Assembly: GCA_028277765.1 (NCBI GenBank)
Contig: JANQFQ010000028.1
Coordinates: 362-64,361 of the forward strand
Direction: 5' to 3'
DNA from: Desulfobacterales bacterium
GTDB lineage: Bacteria > Desulfobacterota > Desulfobacteria > Desulfobacterales > SURF-7
Length of the DNA: 64,000 nt
Position numbers and translations under genes: made by a program. Each line of letters begins with the position of its first letter. The stretch's first letter is position 1. This document shows, piece by piece, positions 1 to 8,520 of the stretch. Under the pieces are notes generated by a model. It was not told the origin of the DNA, ran no database searches, and saw only the letters and a list, made by a program, of their open reading frames with translations.

Positions 1-803
1 AAGTTATTTGAATATTCAAGCAGTCTGGAGATGACCTCAGGTAGTGTATATCTTGAATAGTAAGTGAATATATGTTTGTCATTAAGTTTAACCCGCCCAA
101 GCCTGATGGTTCCTTTGGCGTTAACTTTTTCCTTGCCGAGAAAATAGTTGAATAGATGTCCGGCATATAGACTGGATTCATTATTGGTGTTTGTGAGAAC
201 GATTCTGCCATTTTTGAGGCCAGATGTTTTTATCTTTGTCAGCGCAAAGGGGAGAAGGGGGGTCTGGGATTCCGCGGAGATCCAGGCGCCGTTTGACTGT
301 TTAAAATTTACTGTGTTGAAGTTAGCGCACAGTGCTCCTATTGGTGCGTCATAAGGCTCTAGAGATATGGACCTTCCGGGTATTATTATCGGGTTTGTAA
401 AATAAGTATCATCTAAAACAATATCGTTGACCTGATTAATCTTCGTTTCAAGTCCCTTTGCAGCTTCCACGATAGTTTCAGAGATAAGGAGGGGATCGCC
501 GTAACCTTTTATCTTGAGGTTTGATTTACTGTCCAAAAAAAAATCTGTTTTAAACCGGTGCTTTTCTCCAAGATAATGGATAGCAATCAAGGATGTCAGA
601 ATTTTAAGGGTGGATGCAGGTATCCGTTTTTTTTCAGCATGTTTGGAAAAAACTATTTTTCCAAGATGGTCTGTAATCAGAATGGAATCATGGGGACCGA
701 TAAGACTGTCCAGTTTCAAATATCCTTGAACAGCAGCTACATCTGTCCGAAAAAATGATAAGCAAACAGATATAACGATAAGCAGGGTGGAAATAAATTT
801 CAT
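1..803 (-). CDS. dacB: D-alanyl-D-alanine carboxypeptidase/endopeptidase, PBP4 (peptidase S13) family; runs off the window start
   Basis: Not in the ORF track. Manual translation from ATG at 803: MKFISTLLIVISVCLSFF (signal peptide)...RIPASTLKILT (SxxK)...KIKGYGDPLL. Abuts the dtd stop. Confidence 0.85.
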   Translation of the reverse strand, partial: MKFISTLLIVISVCLSFFRTDVAAVQGYLKLDSLIGPHDSILITDHLGKIVFSKHAEKKRIPASTLKILTSLIAIHYLGEKHRFKTDFFLDSKSNLKIKGYGDPLLISETIVEAAKGLETKINQVNDIVLDDTYFTNPIIIPGRSISLEPYDAPIGALCANFNTVNFKQSNGAWISAESQTPLLPFALTKIKTSGLKNGRIVLTNTNNESSLYAGHLFNYFLGKEKVNAKGTIRLGRVKLNDKHIFTYYSRYTLPEVISRLLEYSNN

Positions 804-1244
804 TTACTTGCTCTCGATTATCAGGGTTACTGGTCCGTCATTCACAAGGGAGACATCCATCATGGCGCGAAACACGCCTGATTCTACCTTGATTCCTTTT
901 AGTTGTACCTGCTTGATGAAGTGTTCATAAAGCGCTTCAGCCTTGTCAGGGGCCGCGGCTTTTGCAAAAGAAGGCCGTCTCCCCTTACGGCAATCACCAA
1001 GGAGCGTGAACTGGGATACAACGAGCATTTCCCCTTCTGTTTCAAACAAAGACAGGTTCATTTTACCGTTTTCGTCTTCGAAAATCCTGAGATTTACTGT
1101 TTTATCGACCAGGAAGTCAGCCTCGTTTGTGGTGTCCCCTTCAGCTACTCCAAGGAGAACCAGCAGTCCGTTGTTGATATTCCCAATAATTTCATCATTT
1201 ACAGATACAGAACTTTTTTTTACTCTCTGGATAACAGCACGCAT
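804..1244 (-). CDS. dtd: D-aminoacyl-tRNA deacylase
   Basis: [20 protein letters not shown] and NDGPVT motifs. Confidence 0.97.
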   Translation of the reverse strand: MRAVIQRVKKSSVSVNDEIIGNINNGLLVLLGVAEGDTTNEADFLVDKTVNLRIFEDENGKMNLSLFETEGEMLVVSQFTLLGDCRKGRRPSFAKAAAPDKAEALYEHFIKQVQLKGIKVESGVFRAMMDVSLVNDGPVTLIIESK

Positions 1245-1483
1245 ATTTGCCTTTCCGGACGGAAGTGTGAATGGTTTTAAGTTAAAATTCTAGTCCGATA
1301 TAAGCCTGGCCCTCTGGGCCAGACTTTTTTACTTAACTGGATTAAAGCGTGTATCAGAACATGTCAAGCAAAAACAATCTGGTATGATAGATGTATCAAA
1401 TATTAAAGTTAGGTTCTTGACAATCAGAGATATGAGTCATATCTATATAAACTGTTCGATTTAATAATGATGAAAGGATAATA

Positions 1484-2617
1484 ATGAAAGAGTATAAAAT
1501 TGTTTTAGCAGTTCTGTTTATTTACTGTGTCATTTTTTCTTCAACAGGATTTTGTGGAGAAAAAGACGTGAGCACAGATGGTAAAGTGCCCAAAGCTGAA
1601 TTTCCAGAACTCTTATACACTTTTAACGAGGTGCTGGAGGGCGATGACATACTTCATGATTTTATCGTTAAGAATGTTGGGGATGCTGTGCTTGAAATTA
1701 CAAAAGTCAAACCCGGCTGAGGCTGCGCAGCTGTTTCCTATACGAAACAGATCCCTCCGGGCGAAGAGGGAAAAATATCGATAAAAGTAACCACCAACAA
1801 TAGCGGTGGTAAAAAACTCACAAAAAAGATCCAGGTTTTTACAAATGACAAGCGGAAACAGAATGTAAAACTAAAGGTGTCCGGAAAGGTTAAAAAATTC
1901 GCTGATATCAAGCCGCATTATGTGAGGCTTTCAGGGACAGAAGGTGATGATATTCATAGAACCGTAAAAATTGCTCCCTTGGATAAGTATCCGTTTAAAA
2001 TAAAAAAGGTCCGCGCAAAAACCGGAGAAAATATCAAACTTTCATTTAAAAAAGTAAAAGCAGAAGAAAAAAAGACATATGAGGTGTCTGTTGAAAACCT
2101 GAAAAAGACACCTGGAAGTTACAGGGATGTTATCTATATTGATACCAACAGCAAATTAAGACCGGTTTTGTCGCTCAATGTAAGCGGCACGATCAAAGCA
2201 AAGAAACCGCCCCAAAGGATTAAGGACGGAATCTCAAAGAAAGAGATGCCTGAGTTTACATTTTATTATAATGAAAAATCGGACTTTCTTGAAAAATCGT
2301 TTACATCCAGGCTTGAAGATATCGCTAAAGAGTTAACATCAGGGAAATTACATGACAAGCGAATTTTAATACAAGGACATTCGGATAATTTAAAGCCGGA
2401 ACCAGAGAGTATAAAAGCTTCTTTTGAGCGGGCTAAGGAGATAAAGGACATACTCGTTGATCAACACGGCATAAAGGAGACACGTATAAATATCGAAGGG
2501 GTTGGGTTTGAAAAGCCGGTTGCCAGCAATAAAACCGAGAAAGGACGCGCAAAGAACCGGCGGGCTGTTATTCATATTCTAGAGGGCTTTAAAAGCGGAA
2601 AACCCAAACTCAAATAA
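1484..2617 (+). CDS. Secreted DUF1573-domain protein with C-terminal OmpA-like domain; in-frame UGA at 1718-1720 (probable selenocysteine)
   Basis: ORFs 1484..1720 and 1877..2617 are in one frame and the bridge is open: KVKPG-[TGA]-GCAAVSYTKQIPPGEEGKISI, matching the DUF1573 CGC...IPPG motif. C-terminus has OmpA-like IQGHSD...S.ERA...GRAKNRR. Confidence 0.8.
1731..1771 (+). promoter_or_regulatory. Candidate SECIS-like hairpins downstream of the UGA
   Basis: CTGTTTC-ctatac-GAAACAG (1731-1750), then TCCCTC-cgggcgaa-GAGGGA (1752-1771). Confidence 0.45.
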
Positions 2618-2715
2618 TAGGAGATCGCGCAGGATAAATTTTTCATCACCAGAAGATATAATAGCCCTTTCTATTGCCATTCAATGTCGGCATTCTGATC
2701 AGGTTACATCCAGTT

Positions 2716-3372
2716 ATGTATATTAAAATTGTCATTTTTGACTGTGACGGAGTTATGTTTGATACCCGTGAGGCCAATAAGGCTTATTATAACAGTATAT
2801 TGAAGCATTTCAACAAGCCTGAAATGACATCGGAACAGTTCGGTTTTGCCCAGATGCATACAGCAGAAAACTCCCTTGACTACCTTTTCAAGGGTGATGA
2901 AAAGAACCTTGAAAAGGCGCGTCTGTTTCGTAAGAAAATGAGTTATTTTCCGTTCATTAAGCAGATGGAGATAGAGCCACACCTGAAACCGCTTCTCAAT
3001 AAGCTGAGGGCGTCCTATAAAACAGCTGTAGCCACTAACCGGACAGATACAATGGGGCGCGTGCTTCAAGATCACGGTCTTGAAGGGCTTTTTGACATGG
3101 TTGTAACCGCCCTTGATGTTGACCAGCCCAAACCCCATCCTGAGCAGCTTCTCAAGATACTGACGCGTTACAGCATCAAGCCGGACCAGGCTGTCTATGT
3201 GGGAGATTCAAAGCTTGATGAGATGGCGGCTTCTGCCGCTAATGTACCCCTTGTTGCTTTTCAAAACACCTCTCTGGTGGCAGCTTATCACATTACAAGT
3301 TTAAAGGAGTTAGAGGGAATCCTTAAAGCTCGGCAGGATGAATGTTCTGATACGCAGGAAGCGGATTTGTAG
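2716..3372 (+). CDS. HAD-family hydrolase (phosphoglycolate phosphatase-like)
   Basis: IFDCDGV (DxD), ATN, KPHP and VGDS..D motifs; ATG 2716 preferred to TTG 2674. Confidence 0.9.
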   Translation: MYIKIVIFDCDGVMFDTREANKAYYNSILKHFNKPEMTSEQFGFAQMHTAENSLDYLFKGDEKNLEKARLFRKKMSYFPFIKQMEIEPHLKPLLNKLRASYKTAVATNRTDTMGRVLQDHGLEGLFDMVVTALDVDQPKPHPEQLLKILTRYSIKPDQAVYVGDSKLDEMAASAANVPLVAFQNTSLVAAYHITSLKELEGILKARQDECSDTQEADL

Positions 3373-3375
3373 CAG

Positions 3376-4563
3376 ATGACTTTATCAGACAGGAAAATAT
3401 TCGGCACCCTTTTTTTTTCAGTTTTTACGGTTGTTACCGGCATCGGAATTGTTGTGCCGCTCCTGCCGATATATGCCCATGACCTGGGCGCAAGCGGCTT
3501 CTATATCAGCATGATATTCGGAATTTTTTCCCTTTCAAGGACCTTTCTTCTCCCTTATTTCGGTCGAGCTTCAGACAAAAATGGACGGAAGCATTTTATT
3601 GTTGCCGGCCTCATGGGGCATGCTGTTGTTTCAGCGGCGTTTATCTATACCACAGATGTCAACACACTACTGATTATACGATTTTTCCAGGGGGCTACAT
3701 CCGCCATGGTGATGCCGGTGGTTCAGGCGTATATAGGCGATATCACGCCAGAGGGAAAAGAAGGTTTTTTTATGGGGATTATTAACCTTTCCATGTTCCT
3801 GGGCCTAAGTCTCGGCCCTCTTGCCGGTGGATTAATCAGTGATAGTTTTAGTCTTGACGCTGCATTTGCATGCATGGGCATTCTCTCGATAATAAGCGCT
3901 CTTTTCAGCCTTTTTTTCCTCCCGCCAGTTAAATCTGAACGAATTGTTATGAAAAAAAAGGAACCAGAAACGTATGGCAGGCTCTTAAGGGACAAGGTTA
4001 TTGCCGGGATTGTGTTTACAAGATTTGCATATGTTTCAAGCATCGGCATTATATGGTGTTTCCTGCCGGTTTTTGCTGACGCGGAATTCGAGCTATCAAG
4101 TCCAGCAATCGGAATTCTGGTTATGCTGGCAATCTTTATAAGCGGCATTCTGCAGCTTCCCATGGGCTGGTTGGCTGACAGGATCAACAAAAATTACATG
4201 ATCATTGGGGGATTTCTGTTGGTTGCTTATGCGTCCTGTTCGTTTGCCTGGGCAGATGGATTTTACGATATCCTTATGGCAGACATTTTGTTCGGTATTG
4301 GCGGGGGGATTGCCATGCCGCCTCTGATGGCCATATCAGTTATAAAGGGACAGGAAACCGGATCCATGGGATCGGTAATGGGACTCCTGACAACCGGACA
4401 CAGCATGGGCATGCTGATCGGGCCTATTATCGCTGGGATAACCATGGACTTCTTTGAATTGCACTATGCCTTTCCCATGGGGTCGGTAGTGATGATGGCA
4501 GGTGTGTTAGTGTTTGTCTATTGTATGTATGAAAAAGATAAGAGTAGTGAGCTTAAGGCGTAG
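3376..4563 (+). CDS. MFS transporter
   Basis: About 12 hydrophobic segments; motif A (GRASDKNGRK; GWLADRINK). Confidence 0.9.
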   Translation: MTLSDRKIFGTLFFSVFTVVTGIGIVVPLLPIYAHDLGASGFYISMIFGIFSLSRTFLLPYFGRASDKNGRKHFIVAGLMGHAVVSAAFIYTTDVNTLLIIRFFQGATSAMVMPVVQAYIGDITPEGKEGFFMGIINLSMFLGLSLGPLAGGLISDSFSLDAAFACMGILSIISALFSLFFLPPVKSERIVMKKKEPETYGRLLRDKVIAGIVFTRFAYVSSIGIIWCFLPVFADAEFELSSPAIGILVMLAIFISGILQLPMGWLADRINKNYMIIGGFLLVAYASCSFAWADGFYDILMADILFGIGGGIAMPPLMAISVIKGQETGSMGSVMGLLTTGHSMGMLIGPIIAGITMDFFELHYAFPMGSVVMMAGVLVFVYCMYEKDKSSELKA

Positions 4564-4565
4564 GA

Positions 4566-5486
4566 CTATAACTCTTCAGGTATAAAAGCAACAACATCGG
4601 CAACATCAGCCGTGCCCGCCAGAAGCATGATAAGCCTGTCAATGCCAAGAGCATTTCCTGCGGCTTCAGGCATATTTTCTAATACGTTCAAAAAAATGTC
4701 TGGTATGGGCCATACGCGGGCCATGGTTTTTTCGCGTATGGCGAGGTCTTTTTCAAAACGTTTTCTCTGCTCATCAGGATCTGTCAGCTCAGTATATGCA
4801 TTACATATTTCAAGCCCGCCAATATACAGTTCAAATCTTTCAGCCAGAGAATTGTCTTCCGGCTTAAGCCGGGAAAGGGCTGATTTTGAGGCTGGATAGT
4901 CATACAGAAAAACAGGCTGATCCAGGCCAAGTTTTTTTTCGATGTCACCGTCCATGATGTCGTCAAACCGGTTTTCATCAATCGCCTGTTCCATTGAAAC
5001 CGGAGCGTAACTTTCAAAAGCTTCGGCTACAGTTATCCTTTGCCAGGGGCTGTCCAGGATGATGGTGTTCCCCTTGAATTGAATATACTTTCCAAAACCT
5101 ATTTCAGACACGACAAATTGTATCAGGTTTTCACATTGCTTCATCATGTCAAGATAGTCTTGACCGGCAGTATACCATTCAAGGAGTGTAAACTCAGGAA
5201 GGTGTTTTTTTCCCCGCTCATTGGCTCGGAAACACTTGCAGATTTGAAAGATTCTGTTATAGCCCGCGGCAAGGAGCTGTTTCATGCATAGCTCGGGTGA
5301 TGTCTGAAGGAACCATTTTTCTGAGGCATAAGGGTCGATATATGCTTCAGGGGCAGGTGCCGGAACCCTGACCGGTGTTTCAACTTCAAGGAAATCGTTA
5401 CTGATAAAGAAAGTACGGATTGCCTGGATCGTCCGGGCTCTCAACCGCAGGTTTTTTTTTATGGATGTTTGCCTGTAAAGGTCCAT
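4566..5486 (-). CDS. epmA: EF-P lysine aminoacylase EpmA/GenX
   Basis: LysRS catalytic domain only: FLEVETP, LQTSPELCMK, HLPEFTLLEWY, ERFELY, ALGIDRL. Confidence 0.93.
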   Translation of the reverse strand: MDLYRQTSIKKNLRLRARTIQAIRTFFISNDFLEVETPVRVPAPAPEAYIDPYASEKWFLQTSPELCMKQLLAAGYNRIFQICKCFRANERGKKHLPEFTLLEWYTAGQDYLDMMKQCENLIQFVVSEIGFGKYIQFKGNTIILDSPWQRITVAEAFESYAPVSMEQAIDENRFDDIMDGDIEKKLGLDQPVFLYDYPASKSALSRLKPEDNSLAERFELYIGGLEICNAYTELTDPDEQRKRFEKDLAIREKTMARVWPIPDIFLNVLENMPEAAGNALGIDRLIMLLAGTADVADVVAFIPEEL

Positions 5487-5676
5487 GCTGCGTTTACCTC
5501 ATGTATGAACCGCTGTGCATTATTGTTAACTCTTCCAGACAGGAATCGTAAACCACAATATAAGGGTTTTTATCATAATTACCCAGCAAATACAAAAAAA
5601 GTCAATAATCTCAGTTGAATGATGCCAAATTGGGCAGAGGTGATGAACTTTCAAGGTGTGGAATTTTTCTTAGTAT

Positions 5677-6219
5677 ATGATGAAAGATGTTTTCGATAAA
5701 CAACGAAGGAGGTCATTACGCCTGAAAGGTTATGATTATTCTCAACCCGGATATTATTATATTACGATCTGTGCGCAAAACCGAGAATGTCTGTTCGGGG
5801 ATATAAACCATCCTCATATGAATCTCAATGACTCTGGTAAAACAATAAATAGGATCTGGAAGGAAATTCCCCAATTCTAAAATGGAGTATGCATTGATGA
5901 ATATATAATTATGCCTAACCATATTCATGGGATTATAATAATTAAGGATAGCGACCCTATTGGGCAGGCACAGGGGCCTGCCCCTACGATTAATTTGCCT
6001 GATTTGATTAAAAGATTTAAAACATTAACCACACACAGATATATTGACGGTGTACGAAATAATTCATGGAAAACCTTTAAAAAACGATTGTGGCAGCGCA
6101 ATTATTATGAGCATATTATCAGGAACGATATTGAACTGGACGAAATCAGAAAATATATCACGGGAAATCCCATAAAATGGGTTGAAGATAAAGACAATCC
6201 CATTAATATCAAACGGTAA
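5677..6219 (+). pseudogene. REP-associated tyrosine transposase (RAYT, IS200-like Y1 HUH) interrupted by an in-frame TAA
   Basis: RRSLRLKGYDYSQPGYYYITIC...EIPQF-[TAA 5878-5880]-NGVCIDEYIIMPNHIHGII...LWQRNYYEHIIR; both ORF pieces share one frame. Confidence 0.88.
5962..5987 (-). repeat. GTAG-type REP palindrome inside the RAYT gene
   Basis: GGGCAGGC-acaggg-GCCTGCCC-CTAC (GTAG leader on the minus strand). Confidence 0.7.
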
Positions 6220-6447
6220 TATTTGATATGGAAAGACACGCATACTGTGCGAATGACGCCATCTGCCACTAGTATGTATACAAAAATCAGAAAGCAAATT
6301 AGTTGAGCATTCCATTTCTATGCTGAATTTTCAGAATGGTTTGAAAAATCAGAGGTTTTGTTATATTGAATAAAAAATCAGTGAAGACAATCAATAAAAA
6401 AGAAAATTACGGCTGTTGTAACTGTAGATTATTCAATGAAGTAGACC

Positions 6448-6534
6448 ACATAAAAATGGGATGAACCAGACAGGAAAAAGCTGCACTCCTAATGTCGTAT
6501 TACTTTTTCCTGCTAATTATCCAAAATGTTAGAC
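6448..6534 (+). mobile_element. attC-like site 1 (degenerate R'')
   Basis: ACATAAA...GGATGAACCAGACAGGAAAAAG / CTTTTTCCTGCTAATTATCC...GTTAGAC: imperfect inverted repeat ending in GTTRRRY. Confidence 0.7.
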
Positions 6535-6542
6535 AAAGAATT

Positions 6543-6932
6543 ATGAATTATGATTTAAAATTGATTTCTGAAATGTGCGCTGAATTAGGATTTGAAAATG
6601 TAAATGAAACAGATAATTCAGTAGAAATTTCCTTATTTGATGAGGGCATTTTGGTATTTCAGAATCTTCAAGATGAAAACGATTCTTTAATAGGATTTCT
6701 TAATACACCCTGGCATAATCATGGAAATATTATGTTTTCAGGCAAAGATGGTAATTATACTGAAATGGATTACCTTGATATTCTCGAAGGACTAAAAAAA
6801 GGTACGGTTCTTATCTGTGAAATATTACTTGAAAATGAACTAAAGGATCGTTACTTAGTCCACAGGGACTATTTTGACGAATTAATGTTCATTCAAGCAG
6901 GAGAAGAAATCAGATTAAGAAGAATTGCCTAA
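6543..6932 (+). CDS. Hypothetical gene-cassette protein
   Basis: AT-rich ORF; starts just after GTTAGAC, stop codon lies inside the next R'' (GCCTAAC). Confidence 0.75.
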   Translation: MNYDLKLISEMCAELGFENVNETDNSVEISLFDEGILVFQNLQDENDSLIGFLNTPWHNHGNIMFSGKDGNYTEMDYLDILEGLKKGTVLICEILLENELKDRYLVHRDYFDELMFIQAGEEIRLRRIA

Positions 6933-6986
6933 CCTGTTGGTAGGAACGAGGAAAAACGCAAGCGTTCCACATCAGCACCGTTATGT
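6927..6986 (+). mobile_element. attC site 2
   Basis: GCCTAAC...CTGTTGGTAGGAACG / CGTTCCACATCAG...GTTATGT; 60 bp with unpaired extra bases on the left arm. Confidence 0.8.
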
Positions 6987-7001
6987 TGATAGAAATACAC
7001 A

Positions 7002-7442
7002 ATGAATAAACCCGTATCAGTATATTTTATAAGCGGCTTTTTTATCATAATTGCTTTTGCAGTATATATTGCGGCTATATGGAATTATTATTCAATTTAT
7101 AAACTTGGCATGTTGAACCGGGAATATTTTTCACAGCACGGTATGATTGATTTGGCTAAATTTATTTTTTTCGGTCTGTGCGCAATATTCTCGTTTATGT
7201 TTTTTAAGTTAAATCCTTGGGGCCGCACTGGACTTGAGATTCTATCTTATATATTTATTTGTTTTACTTTATTATCTTGTATTTCAACTTTAATCTTTAC
7301 CCAAGACCTAATTGAATTGGGTGGCAAATCAATAGCTATGGGACAAATATTAATTATTGCTGTTGTTAGTGTAATTTTTGGTTTAATAATCGTATTGCTT
7401 AGAAGTGACACCATTAGAGATGCTATACAAAACTCAACATAA
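7002..7442 (+). CDS. Hypothetical membrane protein (about 4 TM), gene cassette
   Basis: Four hydrophobic segments; stop lies within ACATAAC (7437-7443), the exact complement of upstream GTTATGT. Confidence 0.78.
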   Translation: MNKPVSVYFISGFFIIIAFAVYIAAIWNYYSIYKLGMLNREYFSQHGMIDLAKFIFFGLCAIFSFMFFKLNPWGRTGLEILSYIFICFTLLSCISTLIFTQDLIELGGKSIAMGQILIIAVVSVIFGLIIVLLRSDTIRDAIQNST

Positions 7443-7655
7443 CCAGCACGTGGACCACATAATAGAGAAGGGTGACTTTCAAAAAGCATAGTCATTGTTT
7501 CCAAATTATGTGTCAATTTTAGAAAGGTATGAAAATGTTAAAAATGCCTCAACTTCATAAAAAATTCTTGGGATGACTGGCAAAATATAATTGTCAAGAT
7601 AATTATATTTTGTTAGTTATAACGTTGTGTTCAGCAGAACGATGTCGCTGTCAAT

Positions 7656-7874
7656 ATGAAAGAGAAAGATATGAGAAAAGAATTATTTGATTTAAAAATG
7701 GAAAAAAAGTCATTTACGGTGATATCATTATCAGATACTTCTGATGATAAAACTTATTGGTTTGGAAGAAAGCCGATTGAAAGATTAAAACATGTTGAAA
7801 TGTTGAGAAGGATAAATTATGGACATGGTGCTACCTCCAGACTTCAAAGATTTTTTGAAGTTGCTGAACGCTAA
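7656..7874 (+). CDS. Small hypothetical protein, partner of the nucleotidyltransferase
   Basis: 72 aa, YWFGRKPIERLKHVEMLR...RLQRFFE; overlaps the next gene, a common two-gene arrangement. Confidence 0.65.
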   Translation: MKEKDMRKELFDLKMEKKSFTVISLSDTSDDKTYWFGRKPIERLKHVEMLRRINYGHGATSRLQRFFEVAER

Positions 7875-8265
7875 GAATATCAGATACTTGTTAATTGGCG
7901 GCTATGCAGTTGGATATCATGGTTATCCGCGAGCAACGAATGATATGGATATTTGGATTGCCATTGATTCCGAAACTGCATTACTTATGGTTGAAGCCAT
8001 GAAGGAGTTTGGCTTTGATACGCCACAACTGACGAAAGATCTTTTTCTTAAAAAAGACAAAATTATTCGTATGGGCGTAGTTCCTATGAGAATTGAGATA
8101 TTAACATCAATTTCAGGTGTTAATTTCGAAGAATGCTATCAAAAAAAAATTGTCGATAAAATAGATGGAATACAAGTCAATATAATCAATTTGGAACAAT
8201 TGAAAATCAATAAAAAAGCAAGCGGGCGGCATAAGGATTTAGATGATTTCGAAAACCTACCTTAA
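7819..8265 (+). CDS. Nucleotidyltransferase-fold protein
   Basis: YLLIGGYAV.YHG.PRATNDMDIWI (GG...DxD); C-terminal K.ASGR.KD..D. Confidence 0.85.
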   Translation: MDMVLPPDFKDFLKLLNAKNIRYLLIGGYAVGYHGYPRATNDMDIWIAIDSETALLMVEAMKEFGFDTPQLTKDLFLKKDKIIRMGVVPMRIEILTSISGVNFEECYQKKIVDKIDGIQVNIINLEQLKINKKASGRHKDLDDFENLP

Positions 8266-8326
8266 CATGCGGCTGTAGCAGATCGCTGATAGAAGGCCGG
8301 GGCTGCTAAGCCGCGCTCCATTATGT
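8260..8326 (+). mobile_element. attC-like site (mutated R')
   Basis: CCTTAAC-at-GCGGCTgTAGCAG / CTGCTAAGCCGC...ATTATGT; extra G on the left arm; core GTT changed to ATT. Confidence 0.7.
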
Positions 8327-8520
8327 TTTTTTGCTTTCATGGTACGGATAAAATAAAATTATTAGTAAAGAAAGCATTCTTGCTTATTTTCATCATGTTT
8401 GTCTTTATCTGAATTTTAATATACATAAAATTTGTTATCTTTCTTGATATCAAAGAACATTTTACGTAGTGTCAAACAACCGGGCAGGAGAAGATCTGAA
8501 CAAGTAGCAGAACTTATGTC

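Noticed and set aside
148-758. Plus-strand ORFs 148..354 and 558..758, and the many other short antisense ORFs in the track
   Set aside because: They are shadows of well-supported genes on the opposite strand or frame (here dacB), with no motifs.
1304-1324. Hairpin CTGGCCC-tct-GGGCCAG as a terminator or ncRNA
   Set aside because: It lies between divergent genes and is single-copy in the window; no function can be supported.
5878-5880. Programmed readthrough in RAYT
   Set aside because: The codon is TAA, not at a catalytic Cys position; simple nonsense mutation or sequencing error is more likely.
6492-6542. N-terminal extension of ORF 6492..6932
   Set aside because: It lies inside the attC-like palindrome; ATG 6543 fits the cassette structure.
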